A DNA stretch of 62,219 bases, filler included, from Sphacelaria rigidula (GCA_964200075.2; 8 parts of 8 records of this genome joined end to end with filler, not necessarily neighbours in it); one strand, 5' to 3'. Shown: positions 37,950 through 51,895, counted from the whole stretch's first letter. Made by a program: numbers and translations. Notes: a model not told the origin generated them from the letters alone.

Positions 37950-38625
37950 GTCGGGGTTCAGAGGCAAGTCAACGGGGGGGTGTTTACGCAGTGGATCACA
38001 CTCCAAGTGAGATATATGGCTGTCGTGTTTAATACTAGAGTAGTGTGAGCTTTTGGGTTGACGTAAAATGAGCTTTGATAGATGCATGGCTCGTACTTCC
38101 CGTCTGGACTAGGGTGGCGAGTTCGCTACCAAGTTTCGGGGGTTTGGTAGCTCTTGTATTGGGTTATATTCCGATCGTGAAACCCTTGTCGTCGTGGGAC
38201 TCGGAGGCTTGTTTTCAGCGGATCAACTTTTGAGGTATGGATCATGCTTCGGATGAATGAAGTCTGGCTCGTCGCAATATGAGTTATGTTCCTGTTGATT
38301 TTGTCGAACGAGTAATGCCACGGTAGGGGTGCACAACATATTTTTGAGTTGTCGAATTTTGTAGGAGCTCTTGACCTCATCCAAGACTCATGGGAAATAT
38401 GAGAACACTCCACGGTTAGCACGCCAATGAACCAGAAGTGTCCCCAAGAAATTTTGAACCAAAGATTCCTTTATCCATATTTTGTGTACCTCCCTTTGTA
38501 GGAGCCTCAGAATGAGAACGATCTGGGCACAAATGTGCAAATCCCCTACCATGACATGACTCACTTGTTGTTGTCGTCGTTGTCGTTGCTGCTGTTGTTA
38601 TACGAGCTTGTGGGAGGTATATTGT

Positions 38626-38768
38626 GCCCCCCCCCCCGTCTCGAAAGGGATGCGTGGTCAATGGTCAAACGACTAAAGCAAGCAACAAATGAGTACGCCC
38701 CCCTTCCCGTCTTGAAAGGGATGCGTAGTCAATGGTCAAACGACTAAGGCAAGTAACCAATGAGTACG

Positions 38769-38800
<32 letters not shown>
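38626..38800 (+). repeat. Dispersed element family 2 (~70-bp unit ending AAATGAGTACGCCCC) in tandem; also 46573-46642 (head-to-head) and remnants at 201-232 and 6037-6062
   Basis: gggatgcgtggtcaatggtcaaacgactaa.gcaagcaacaaatgagtacgcccc twice, followed by poly-C. Confidence 0.82.
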
Positions 38801-38802
<2 letters not shown>

Positions 38803-39146
38803 GTCGGCGCCGCGTGGCCCGCGCCGCTGCCACCACCCCCCCCCCCCCCCAACNNNNNNNNNNNNNNNNNNNNNNNNNNNNNNNNNNNNNNNNNNNNTTA
38901 ATTAATTAANNNNNNNNNNNNNNNNNNNNNNNNNNNNNNNNNNNNNNNNNNNNGAAGATTTTAATCCTCCGGGTTCTCATCCTCAATCAAAAGCACCATC
39001 CTCAACATAGATGATTGGCTGTTTCAAGGAGTACAGCAGCAGGGGATTTTATGGTGTCGAAATCCGCCCAGCTCTCTTTCAGGGCGTAATACGACGTAGA
39101 AAAAGCTCCTACAATGCACTTTTCCAGATTTTTTACTTGTCTGCCA

Positions 39147-39917
39147 TCAGGAGCGACCTGATCTGGAAGCATCTTTCCCCCACCAAGTGTGAGAAAACGC
39201 GATGTCCATCGGGGATTTGATCGGGGGAAAGTATTGCAACCCAGCCCCAGTTAGATATTCGCGCCTGGCTCGTTGTATGTGACAGTCGGCTCGGTAGTCC
39301 TCTCCCATGACGGAGCTGCTGACGAGCTCGATGCCATCTCGCAGCATTCCCAGTGCACTCTTGACTGTGCGAATAAAATTTGTCACACGCGATTCCGCCA
39401 CATTTCCAAAAAACAAATATCTGAACACGCTCCCACGCCATGAAACGAAATGCACCCGGTACTCCAACTCAGCATGCCCAGTTTTGATGGTGCGCTCTAA
39501 AGTTACGGTATCTATAACGTCATCGCCACGCTGCGTCAATCGACCAGCAGCGGAGCTGTGCATTACCAGGTTGGTCTGCGGTTCACAGCGGTATTCTTCA
39601 ATCGGGCTGATTCGGGAAACTTGAGAAGTTTTTCTGTGCTATGCGCTCGTAAGTTTTACTGCTGGCCCAGCTCGTATCATCATTGTCTGTGTGACATCTG
39701 AGGGGTACCCCTTCACGATATGCGTGTACCTCTCACAAAATAAGGGGAAGGAATTATACGAGAGTATCGAACCGGGGTCATCATTCAAATTACAGTCTCG
39801 TTGACAAGGGATTGATGATGAAGTCAGGGTAAAAACGTTGGTGCGAGAAAACAGCATGTATGTGCATAAAAGCCAAAACGTTCTGCACCGGACTAAGTTT
39901 CTCCATTCTCTTGCCAA
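39147..39917 (-). pseudogene. Uncharacterised disrupted ORF, interrupted at its 3' end by a Harbinger-like MITE end (39078-39158)
   Basis: ORFs 39639-39917 and 39147-39563 are one frame split by a single TAG; no recognisable family motif. Confidence 0.3.
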
Positions 39918-42889
39918 AAAGGCGTTATTTTATAACAAGATTGGCGGCTTCTATCTTGAGGTCTGTAATTAACAATATTGTCTTACTCACATAGTAGTAC
40001 TGCAGACAGTTGAATGAAGAAGATCGAGAACGAGGTTGCTGCCACTGCCACATCAAAAACTGAATAATATTTAGGGCCATTGTTGTCGACACCTTTTTTT
40101 TTAAATCCCAAAATTTCGGGACTGGCGAGGTACCTGCTCGACGCTCGAACGCTTGCGAGCGCCACGGCCTACACGTAGGGTAGCTCTCCGAAGCGATGCG
40201 CTGCAGTCGGAATTTTTCGGACATCTCCAAAAATGAAGGTTCGAGGAAAGAATGAAGCCGCTTTGTTTCCGGAGAAGTCTGAGCGCAGATTCCAAAAAGT
40301 CCGAATTCGTACGAGATCTCCAAAAACCAGTGTCGATTACAGTGAATGGGCCTGACTGTACCGATACATGTAGCCGCAGCGTCCGAGAGATGCTGCGATA
40401 GCTCCCCCAACAGAAAAGGCACTGATTTTGAGGAGCCAAAATGTACATGTACACCAAGATAACAAAAACCGAACATACCAAGCAGCTGAGAACTCCCACA
40501 CTTAGAATCGTTCTCGCCAATGTCGCCCAAATGAGGGGTTTCATGAAGTCTGAAACCAGCTATCACGTGCTTTATGTCCATGTTCTTCGTGACAGCGTTG
40601 GGGCTAGTTTTCGGAAGGGGGCATTGCGGCATCACTCGTCCGTCTCCTTCTCCTTTGACGTACACAGGTCCCAAGCATGATTTCGTGGCTGGTAGTTTGG
40701 TACTTGGTGTAAGATGCTACCGTACGAATCGTCTACTGTTATTGACTCGCGGCATACGGGTGGCCGGTGGCCGAAAACGCATCCTAACAACCGCCACTGA
40801 GTATGCTTATTATTATTCCGTGTGTGTGATATTGCCGATTTCGGTGATATTTCTTGACTTTACTACAAGAACGGGTTGAGAACGTTTTGAGCATATTTCC
40901 TGAAAGAGCGGAGCATTCGGGTGGTGGTAATAAACAAGCACCTTTCAAGATGTATCCTGTGTCGCACCGGTAGTCCAGATTTTACGTGGCGGCCCTTACC
41001 ACGGGGCACGTAATCTCTGCAAAGAAACATCTTTGCCCGTCAGCCAAAATCGCCTCCGGCAAATGCTACGGAGTAGACCGTGCCGTGCATAGCAAATCGA
41101 AGCGTATGTGATTGATTCCTCATTGTACTTGACGAGAACTATCGTCAAAATTTGAACGCATCGGACCATTTGGCCTATTTTCGACCACTTGGGTTTCATG
41201 AGGAAAATGTACACGCACACACAAGACGAGAGGTTGCTGAAGCAAACGTACATCCGACAAAATCCTCAAAACCAGGAGACAGGGTGCAGTGTTCAAGTAT
41301 ATTACCGTGAGGTCGTCACACCCTGCACATAGAGCATAGTGAGTGCCATCATAACCGACATGGTGCAACTACCGTGGCTTCGACTGGGCAGCGTTGCGCA
41401 CGCTGGGTCATACTGCTCACTTCCAGTCCTGTCTCGAAAACCACAAGCATGGTTAAGCTGTTCGGGGGATACCATCACGTGGTTTTTATAGGTGTGTTTG
41501 TGTGAATGCTCAGGTCGTCGCCAATCCTTGTGGAGAACGAGAGGCGGACAAATTGCAACCATGCCGTGCGTACCAAGGCGGACAACGCTAAACAAGTTGG
41601 AATCTGGGCAATCCTCTGCATTGTGGTAATCGGTGCGGTTCGCAGCTAGTGTGGGCGTGTACAAAACGGCCTGTCTGTACTTACAAATTGACATCACTTT
41701 TTGATCCGTGATTCAAGTTCTAGCTTTGCGGTTGGCTCATTTGAATTGTCGGGTATACTGCGGAGAAAAAAAACGAAAAATGCGTGGGACAAGTTTTTCA
41801 CGAAACGGAACCCGTAATCCACAGACGAACTGTAGGACAGCAACATATTTCTGAAGAACGCTCAAAACTCATGAATTTCAGCCGCAAAGTGGTGAAGGCG
41901 CGGGAGGAGAACAGGGCAGGGATAGCACATAGAAGATTGGTCGCAATCTGTGGTGAGAGTTTGAACAGCGAGAAGATTCAAACTGAACGATAGTGTCGGG
42001 CTCGACAACAGCTACGGCTATAGGCTTCATGCTATCAGAACCTTAAGATAAATTTGACTTCAGCCTATCTGTAACTCAACGTCATCTGTCTTGATTCAAT
42101 AGTGTTGGTCCTCGAAGACTATTATCCTGTACACAGATTCGAACGCCGTTCGAGGTGAAAAAGTAGCCCAACTGAAAAATGTACACAAAATCGGGGCGTT
42201 GAATTACTCCCCTCCTCCTTCCCTATCCTCAGGCTTCCCCCAAAATGAGTATTCCCCAGAATCGAGGTGGTGGATACCGGCCTGCCGCTAGTAAATCGTC
42301 TTGGTGCAGCACTGAATATTGCCAATATCTCTGGTGTCAGCGGGTATACCCCTCAAAGTGGGTGACCTGTATCCATATGCAAGATGATCAGAATGAATCG
42401 GGCCGAGCAATTTTAGCAGGATACAGCTCATCCTTCATGCGACTCGCCGAACATATCTCTACGCTTCGCGCTTGGTGATTGATTGCGAGCCTGGCCCGGC
42501 GAATACCCGGCGTGCTCCGTCCCGACTTTGTAGGGATGTGAGGTCAATGGCCATATGACTGCGGCATGCATGATCATGGGTACACCTCCCTGTCCTCAAG
42601 CCTTTCCTACAATGAGCCTTTTTCAAAAGTGAAATGGGTGAGTGCTGGGCTGCAGTTGGTGAGGGCCCTTGCCTAAACCTGTTTCTGCATCGGTGACATT
42701 TGGGGGAAAGCTGTAAGACTTGATTCTTTCGACTCGTCTTGGTCCGCAATTCCCGAGCTTTCCCTATGGCTACACTGAATATACCCCCAGCATCATGGGG
42801 CTTGGTAGCCTCTGTGTGAAGATGCACGGTCTTGCGTCGTGGTAAAACACCCATCCGAAATAGGGCCACGGTCACGGTTAGAGTTTGGG

Positions 42890-43340
42890 TTAGGTGTTCC
42901 AAATGGATATTCGTTTTCAGGTGAGTGTCCGTCTGAAACATCCCAGGTTCCGATGGACATCTCAGATGGATATACTCGTTGGATACCCCAAATGGATATC
43001 CTAGGTAGACACCCGAGATGAATATATGCATGTCCCAGATGAATTCAATATCCCAGATTGACATTCCAGATTAATATCTATATCCCCGAGCGATATCTCA
43101 GATGGATATCCATCTCCCAGATGAATATCCCAGATAGATATGATATTCAGGATGGATATTCATGTCCCAGATATATGTTCGAGATGGATATCCATACCCC
43201 AGATTTATATCCCGGATGGATATGATATTCCAGATGGATATACAAATTCCCGAGAAAATTCTATATATACATATGTAAACGACATTCCGGATGAACATCC
43301 CAGGTGGATATGATATCCCAGGCAGATGTGATATCCCGGA
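42890..43340 (+). repeat. Degenerate short-period satellite (GGATAT/ATCCCAGAT motifs)
   Basis: Many variants of atcccagatggatat. Confidence 0.8.
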
Positions 43341-43643
43341 TTTAGATTGCGCAAAAATACAGGCCGCCGCAATTTTGTCGCTGCGGGTGACCGCCCAGCG
43401 ATGAGCGCAGCAAACAAGGAGCGTGGAACTACCCTACAGTACTACTACCTCAATTGCCTATGGACCATGTTGAGTTCCGTGTTACTCAGAATGCGGTGGC
43501 ACTCCTTGTCCAAATGCTACTACTAAAGACGTACACAGAAGGACGAGTGTGAAGGCTGGTCAGGGTGGAACTCAAGAGAATGCCAAAAGTATGATGTTCC
43601 TACGACTTCGTTATTCTTCATTGCATACTCTACACAAGTACAG

Positions 43644-43839
43644 GCATGGCCACGGAGTGGACATCTTCCGAGGTGGATTTCAAGAGCTTTTCGAGGCCGC
43701 CATAGCGAGCCTCGAGAGTGCGGAAATCGCTAGAAAGCGGAAAGACCAGTTGACAGCGGAGCTCACGGGACACCGCGAGAAGTTGGTCCACCTCGAGACC
43801 TACGAAGAAGATGCCAAGAGCTCTCGAGCGAATTTGGTG
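43644..43839 (+). CDS. CFAP58/CCDC147-like coiled-coil protein, exon
   Basis: TACAG acceptor, GTG|GTGAGA donor; HGHGVDIFRGGFQELFEAAIASLESAEIARKRKDQLTAEL... heptad pattern. Confidence 0.62.
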
Positions 43840-44827
43840 GTGAGATGGGACCCTTCTTACCGTCGAGCGACATCCGTATCTCATCAGTTGACGGTTGTTT
43901 TGTTGAATGAGCATGCATGCGGAGGAAGAACCTCTCATGTGCGAGGAACGAACGCATTCTGAGTGTATGTATCATCATGCGGAAGATATCGGAGAGAGAC
44001 ATGCTGTGGACACACCCCTGTGTAGCGTACACGCGATGCTGTGATGACGAGCAGAACCACAGTGTTGTCGTCGGGGCTATTGCTTGTCGTTTGTTCTTTG
44101 TTGTCCGCTTTCTATCTCGAAACTCCTCATAGGTCCACAAAAATCACCACAAAATGCGCTTGGACTAATACTCATAAAGGAAAGCGTGATATGACAATTA
44201 TTTGCTATTTACGCGGCTGATGTTGCCGGTACGCGATTGGAACGCGGCACACCATCACGAGACCAGCGGAACTGTCGTACGTATTAAGTGGGTAAGAGGA
44301 TGACAATACTCAGCTGATGTTCACCCTCTGTTGAGACTTCTTGGTGCGACAGCGGCTTTGTCCTGAGCAAAAAACGTGATAATGATACCACCCAAACTAC
44401 TTGGGGGGCTGGGTTGATTGTACAGCTGAAAATCCGGCGAATGCATGACAGGGATATCCGACCGGTGGGCTGCACCGCGGCCTACAGCTCCGTTGTTGAG
44501 AACAGTATGACCTCATCGATGTGAGCGTGCATGACAAGCATGCGTGCCTCACACATAAAATGGCGCAGAGAAGTAGCTCATGTTTGCCAAAACACACGTG
44601 ATCGGTACCCTTTGTTGACCTCATTCATTCATCACGATGCCCGAGATGTTTCTCGATGAAACGCACGCGTTTTGATCTGAGCCATTCTCCACTCCGAACA
44701 GAGCATACTGCAGTACGTCAACTACTCTCAAAAGTTGAACACAAACGAGCCTGACTTGTTTTTTCAATTTATTTCTATCACTCTCGCGCACATGTCGGCT
44801 GTGATCGGATGCACAACAACCAAACAG

Positions 44828-44974
44828 GCATCTCTCGAGACAATGCAGCAACAGCTTACCGAGCTGTCGCATCGCGAGGCGCAGAAGCGTGAAGCTGCAG
44901 CTAAGCTTCGGTCAGAGATCGAGATCGCGTCGTCGAGAATCGCCGCCGGACCCGGCTGGACCACTGAACAAGAG
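44828..44974 (+). CDS. CFAP58-like coiled-coil protein, exon
   Basis: AACAG acceptor, GAG|GTCAAA donor; ...EAQKREAAAKLRSEIEIASSRIAAGPGWTTEQE resembles my recollection of the CFAP58 LK.EI.NL..LVEQGAGLS.GQE segment. Confidence 0.68.
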
Positions 44975-45852
44975 GTCAAATAACGACAGTTGACGACGCT
45001 GTTGCGGGAAACGAGATACAGGACAACAAGTAGTCGAGGGACCTTCCGACTGACTGTGTCCGCAAAAGTGCTCGAAGTGTTACCGGCTTTAGAAGGGTCA
45101 CTGATACATATGTTTCCGTGAATATACGAATCAGATCTTAGGATCTGGCGCTTGTGTTGGCGTGTGAGGTAGAGGATTGCGACGACCTTTCAGGGTTTAC
45201 CAGCCTCGCGTAGAGTTAAGGGTCGTGGAAAAGATACCTCGGCCGTGTTGTACTGTACTGTAGTGTAGTGTCCCTTGCTGCGCGTGCGCTACCTCGCGAC
45301 ACTCGTTAACCCGTACCGTGTACGGGTGGCCCCCACCGCCTCCGCGGAGTACATTTTTTTGCGTTTTTATTTTTTATGTTTGTAAAGTACGTACCACGAG
45401 ATGTCGCAAAGCAAGGGCAGTCGAAGGTAGGACTCGTATTGCTGCGTATCTGTTATTTTCCTCCTTCTTATGTTTTTCCGCTCTAGCAAGAACACTAGGC
45501 AATCGCAGATACCTCCTCCGCAATGGCATACTTTGCATCACGTACATGGATTCACGGAGCCAGCCGAATGTATCAGCTCGTGCTGTAAAAATTCACGCTA
45601 CTGAAGGTCTTCTGCTCCGCATGAGCTTCAAGCTCTTGCCAGTTTCTACGTCCTACTAGCGTTGGCAGTTCCACAGATTACAAGAAAAATTGAGTCCTAG
45701 TACTAGTCATACACGACGCTATCCCAGTGCACTTTTCCCCTTGCCCCTCACGAACCAAGACTGTTGGGAAATCGCATTGCTCCCCCTGCGGCACTACCGG
45801 TGACCTGCCCGCTTCTTGTATCCCCTCCTGCTCGATTGCGTTCAAACTGCAG

Positions 45853-45900
45853 TTTACTCGGAAAGAGTTGCTGGCCGAAGCTGGGGAGCTACAGCGGGAG
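45853..45900 (+). CDS. CFAP58-like protein, short exon
   Basis: CTGCAG acceptor, GAG|GTGAGT donor, 48 nt, phase 0: FTRKELLAEAGELQRE. Confidence 0.6.
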
Positions 45901-47504
45901 GTGAGTGGAGCTGTGATAGAGGAGGAAGCTCAGCAAGCAGAAGATATATCAGAGCAACGCTCGTGGTTTATCGAAGACTAGCTTGTGTTTCCGGTCACGA
46001 TGGCGTCGGAATCGGGCAGATAGACACGAGCGCAGACGAACGAGGAAAATCGAACATGCCCCCGGTCCGTTTCGGAGTGTCGTATACATCTTGCACGCGT
46101 AGACCAGTGTGCTCGAAAGCACAGGGATAAGCCTGCGCGTATGTATACGCTGGATGTTTTCGCGTTTGGGGGGGGCTACGCAGGGAATGTAGGTGTTCGC
46201 TGACCGTTGACGCCGGAAAATCTACTCGTCAAAAACGTCTCTGGAGCGACCAAATCTTACAAATAGGAGTCTTCGTTTTTTATGGACTAGTAGAGGCTCA
46301 AACACAAAAACGAGTGAATATCGTGATGAGGGCAAACGGACGCCACAGTCTTCACCGTGTCTTGTGTGCAAGAGCCATGGCTGGAATAAACGTAACCGAC
46401 ACTAGGAGGATTCGCCGTTCGCCATACGCGCGACACGAACGGCAGAGAAAATCGTCCCGAATACGCCACCTGTATAGGACTTACGCCCCGTGAACTATCG
46501 AAATATTCCGCTATTTTACGAGAAGTTGCACAAGGATGCACTTTATCAACCACTCTATGAGTTATGCTGCGATAGGGGGGGGAGGACTCATTTGTTGCTT
46601 GCCTTAGTCAATGTCAAACGACTAAGGCAAGCAACAAATGAGNNNNNNNNNNNNNNNNNNNNNNNNNNNNNNNNNNNNNNNNNNNNTTAATTAATTAANN
46701 NNNNNNNNNNNNNNNNNNNNNNNNNNNNNNNNNNNNNNNNNNCAGGTTCACATTCGTATCCGACCAACTTCTGAACAGACCTTCAGTCTCCGGAACAAAA
46801 GCACGCCATGGCTAGAATCAACAACGGGTCTGAAGCGGCATCAACAGACTGATATGCGTCTTCATGACAATTAGGAAAATAACGAAATAAAGTAGAAGCG
46901 TGACTGATTCACGGTGCTACGCCATACCCCAGTTGCCAATTGCATGATTAAGAGCGTTCTGAACATGATGCAGTACATGCACACTACAAATCGAAGTATT
47001 GCAGCAGATATATACTTCATGCGAGAACAGAATTGGCAAATGGTAACCCGCGATCACAAAAAACACAGGTATTCTATTCAACGACAGGCGTGTGTTTCGG
47101 TCTGGACGTGGAGAATTTTGCGCCCTTGTTCCCGGGAACTACCAGCAGCCTTGGCTTACTTGTTCCCATTCTCCGCTGCTCATGAAAAGTCTGTGCTGCT
47201 CCATACTACAGATGTATGATATTCGAATCGCTCACCTCGTTGAATGACATTTTCGAGCAGTTCAACCCTTTTAGCTGGTGAATGTGAGTTTACGTTTTTA
47301 TAACTATTTACGATTTTTTCAAGGGTAAGCAAATCAAACACAGTGATTGTTTTGCCTCGGGCGGCGCTCCCGCGAGGCCCCCGTCACCAGCCGGGGGGGC
47401 GATTAAGTGCAAACAACATCGATGTACCAGCCACTGGCGCGGCCAGTTTAAACCTAACTGACCAGAGCTGCTAGTTCACAGCCCTAGAGGCAATGCTGTT
47501 CGGT

Positions 47505-47940
47505 AGGGTATGAGGATATTTACACAACTTACAGAACTAACGGGTACCGGCATGAATTTTGCACAGGGGTTACACAACGTATTGGGTAGGTATAGGAGGC
47601 TTACAGAAAATCCAGAAAAATTTGTCGGGTGAGGAATGCAAATTGTATAGAAAATCGAACCCGCACCCGGGCGTGTTTACAAGGGTATGCCCCAACCGAG
47701 TAGGGGTGAATCTTGTGTACAGAGAATACAAACCTGCCGTGTAAGGGTATAGGGGGGGTTCAATAGTCATAGAACTATCGTGGGCCGGTATGAAAGTCTT
47801 GCAGAAGTCACAGGCCGAGTGAGCAGGAGTATGAAAGTGTTACTCAAGTCACAGACCTTTCGAGTAGGGGGATAAAAGTCTGATAGAATTCACAGAAATA
47901 TCGGGTACCGACATGAAAGTCTTGCAGAAGTCACAGCTTT
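47505..47940 (+). repeat. Degenerate satellite-like array (gggtaccggcatgaa...cagaagtcacag units)
   Basis: Recurring atgaaagtcttgcagaagtcacag variants. Confidence 0.65.
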
Positions 47941-49182
47941 GTCGGTGCCGACAGCACAGTGTAGTATCCACCGAGTTCAATAGCACCCCTCCAACCCTGG
48001 ATGCTACGACCTGCCGTTTGTGCAACGAAATAATTCGTACACCTGATCGAGCTCACCACCACAGTTGCAATTTCGCAACTCCACCCTGGTGAGGAAAACT
48101 GATTTGCGCATGCTTGTGTCCGTGTGACAATCTTGCTGAAACCGCTCACAAAGTACAGACTCTTGGGTTGACAGTAGCAATATAGGAGGTGGTCACCGCC
48201 AGCGTCGTTTATCTAGGTCGAACCAGAGCTAGTCTAGATCATCAAATCATTACATCATCGCGACTGGATACTGCCATGTGATATATTTCTACCAGCTACA
48301 TCCTGCAGCGGAGGCATGGGACAGCTCTCGAACCTCCAGGAGCAGTGTGAAACTACAGGTTGTGTGTGTATGTCATTCAGCGTGTCGTCGTTCGCACCCG
48401 ATGGGAACAACCTACTGTTGTGGTCCTTTGACTTGTGGAACTAACCGTATAGTAAAGTCAGCACAGCAGTAGCACGAGAGAACTCGGGTAGGCAAGCCCA
48501 TCACGAATGACCCCGCTGTGACATCGGGGCGATCCCCGATGCCTTTCCGGATCCGCTTAGCTACAAGCCGTTTCCTGTTAGGCATGAATTGTCTTCAAGG
48601 AAGGCACTGGTAGGAACCACAGCGATCCTCGACTTTTCCACCATAAAGTTTCCCAGGGTTTACACGTACGCTTTGGCATGTCACATCCCCATCCGGCATT
48701 TTATCCCCAGGTATATTTCACGTCCCGTTCCCCCCTCGGAACTCCTTCATGTGTAACGCATTCGTACAGTCCGGGAATACATACCGCATGCAGAGAGCTC
48801 CGATTTCAGCGGTAGGCTACCGAGATTCCCGATAACTACGGTAACCACAGCATTCTCACATTCCGCGGTAGTCGTCCGGCCCCGTACCGTACCACCGCTG
48901 TTCCGGAGAACCAAATGCTGTATCCCGAGAGAAACTAACGGAATATGATACCACCCCCTGCAATACCGCACCTTGGCAGTATCGCACATCATGGACACCA
49001 CAGCGATACCGCAAAACGGCACTCAGGTTTCGAACCATGACAATATTTCCCAAAGCCCGTAACCGAGGATAGCGCTGGAGTTGTCGCGGTCTATGTATTA
49101 TATAGCGCAATACTCGAAGCTGTGTCTGCCAAAGGGTCTATCGACACTATAGTCCCACCTATGGGCTATGGATTGTAAAACC

Positions 49183-51376
49183 TTCAAGGGCAGGTCGGGT
49201 AGGGTATGTACTTTGAATACAAGGGTAGAATACCCGGGGGGGTTTTCTTTCATCTTTACCCAAGTTCTGGGTAGATTGGGTACGACCTCAAATACTCTAC
49301 GCAAATTTTGGATAGATTGGGTATGATCTAAATATTCTACCCGAACATTAGGTGAGCACTGTCAGCAATATCAATTTGGTATGACATCAATGCTCTACCC
49401 AAATTTGGGTAAGAACCGTCAGCCATACCCAGGTGTAGAGTATCACTCGGGAATGGCCTCGATACTTTACCCGAAACTCGGGCAAGTTGGCTACGATCTA
49501 TTATACGCTACCCACAGGTTGGATAGGCTGCACACGTCGGACAGATCAGCTCCCTGTCGCTCGAGTTAGTTGCCAGCGCAGCTCCCTGGTGAGCTATGAG
49601 AGCGGCATGAGCTACGCATGTTTTCCCTGGGTGAGCTGTGAGAGCAACATGAGCTACGCATGTTCGCTCTAGGTGAGCTACCAGCCCGTAGTCAATCAGC
49701 TCATATTCGCCTGGGTGAACTATGAGAGCTGCATGAGCTACGCACATTTGGCCTAGGTGAGCTACCAACCTGAAGCTCATCAGCATCCGATGTATGGTAG
49801 ATTGGGCACGATTTCGATATTCTACTCAAATGATGGGTAAGGCCGTGTTCTAGCACATCAACTTTCGATCGAAAACCAAGGGCCGTGGAATTGATTTGAG
49901 CGAAGCCGTTCATTTTTCGCGAGTTGGGTCGAAGCTCTCGATCGAAAAAGACGATGAAACTCACGAAGTGGTAAATGTTCGCTTGTCCACAGCACAGCAC
50001 TGTACTCTCTGCGCTGTATGCGTACAGTGTGCCTGAGTGTGTATGTGTGTGTTTGTGTTTCGTACAGTATGATGTAAAAGGGAAGCGGCCAACGTGCAGT
50101 ACAGATAGCGCAGGACAATGGGCTCTCAATGTTTACAGTGCGACGTGAAAAAGGCTCGAGCAACGTGCAGCTTTGTACTACCTGCACAGTATATGATTGT
50201 ACGCAAGACTGCCGTCCACCCCACCACGCAGTTCCGTCGCCGATCTGTACCATGAAAAAAGATGCTAAAGTTTTCACCAACAAAATAGAGCATAATACCT
50301 AACTACTGCAGTATATATATCCCTGTGCGCAACTCGTGCTCTGTGCTGCAGGGTTGTGGAGGTAGCTGATAATGTGTTGTGTGGGGATTGTATGGTTCTG
50401 TGAACGGGTGGTATCTGGCGTGGTGGTCTGTAAAAAAAGAGTGAGTTGCTCCTTCGTGCCTTTCCTTCGCATTTTTCCATCGAAAATGCCGAGGGCTGGT
50501 CGGGTACGGTATGTACTTTGGTATATTCGGGTAAAACACCCGGTTATTCACTTCACCCGAAGTTTGGGAAGATAGGGTATGACTTCATGGACTTCACCCA
50601 AATCTTGGGTAGGTTGAGGACGACCTCGAAAACTCCACCGAAAATTTCGGTAGAATTGGTGTGGTCTCAGATACTTTACCCAAATACTAGGCAAGTACAC
50701 TCAGCAATATCTGGATATTGACTACCGCCGCGCCCCGGTGGTGTAATGATCCGACTGTCGCCATTAGGGTGGAGAGAACGAGGGTTCGATTTCCGATGTA
50801 TGGGTGTTTCCTTCGGAGTATGTGATTTCCACCGTGGAAAGCGTGAGAACGTGAGTAAACAAAGTAGTCGACTCAGTTTGTTTGAGATGAGTAGACGCGG
50901 TACGGGAGTGCTGATAGTCATGACCCAATTCGCGAGACCAAAATGCAAGGCGCGTACCGGGAGAGAAATGGGTTGACCCCTTGAGACCACGGACTCATCC
51001 CGAGGAAGGGGAGAAGTTCGAAGTGCGACGAACAAAAACAAAGTATCACTTTGGTATGATCCTGATAAAAAGTGTTTTGTGTAATTTGGGCACGATTTCC
51101 ATACTCTGCGCAAAAATTGTTTAGATTGGGTGCGACCTTCAAGACTCCAAATTTGGATAAGCACTCTCAGCCATACCTGGGTATCAAGTATCATTTGGGT
51201 ATGACCTCAACACTCTACTCCAAAAAATGGGTAAACGGAGTGCGATCCAAAATACTCTACCCAAATCTTGAGTAGATTGGGTGCGATTTTAAGCTTTGCC
51301 CGAATGTTTGAGTACTAAGAGTATGAATTTTTACTACACCGAGTATTAGGTACACCATACTCGACCTGCCCTTGAA
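49183..51376. mobile_element. Non-autonomous TIR element with internal TACCC/GGGTA subrepeats and nested insertions
   Basis: ttcaagggcaggtcgggtagggtatgtac ... gtacaccatactcgacctgcccttgaa; second left end near 50489. Confidence 0.68.
50725..51042 (+). mobile_element. tRNA-derived SINE
   Basis: A box TGGTGTAATGA, B box GGTTCGATTT, body shared with 19820-19970 and 18920-19045, A-rich tail; host repeat resumes after it. Confidence 0.68.
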
Positions 51377-51649
51377 AATTCTCTTGCACCACATACCACA
51401 TGAGGCTGTGGTAGGGTCACCGCTCATGGTGGTCTCCCTCTACCCAATACTCAATACACGTGTACGGTATTGTACTGCACTATACCGACTATGTCACGGA
51501 TAGGCACATACGTTCCGGTCATCCTCTCTGAGGAGTATCTGATTCCAGTCGCCGGCAGCATGAGAATGTGTGTGACAGAGCGAGATTGTTTTAGTAGTGA
51601 TATCAGGCCTATCATTCTCTCACAAGTGCACTCGTAAATGTTTTCGAAA

Positions 51650-51895
51650 AACACCGCGAGCACGATTCGTGTGCTCGAGTAATTGATTTTTCCACCACAA
51701 GCAATGACTCGAGTGGTCGACCTCTACATGTTTACTACAACGAGAAATGACTTGAGTACTCGCCCTACAAAATTTCAGCACCACGAGCGATTACTCGAGT
51801 GCTCGGCGTAATAATCTTTCCCACAACGAGCAATGACTCGAGTACTCGACATATTGATTTTTCCTACCACGAGCAATGACTCGAGTGCTCGCTCT
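51650..51895 (+). repeat. ~41-bp tandem repeats (ccacgagcaatgactcgagtgctcg); further copy at 52825-52930
   Basis: About 6 degenerate units. Confidence 0.8.

Noticed and set aside
43646-43705. ATG start MATEWTSSEVDF for the coiled-coil gene
   Set aside because: That frame stops after 19 codons; the alternative frame entered through the TACAG acceptor fits the CFAP58-like register.
16263-45900. Functional cluster of CHD, nuclease, PPR and coiled-coil genes
   Set aside because: Each lies on a different contig joined only by artificial spacers.
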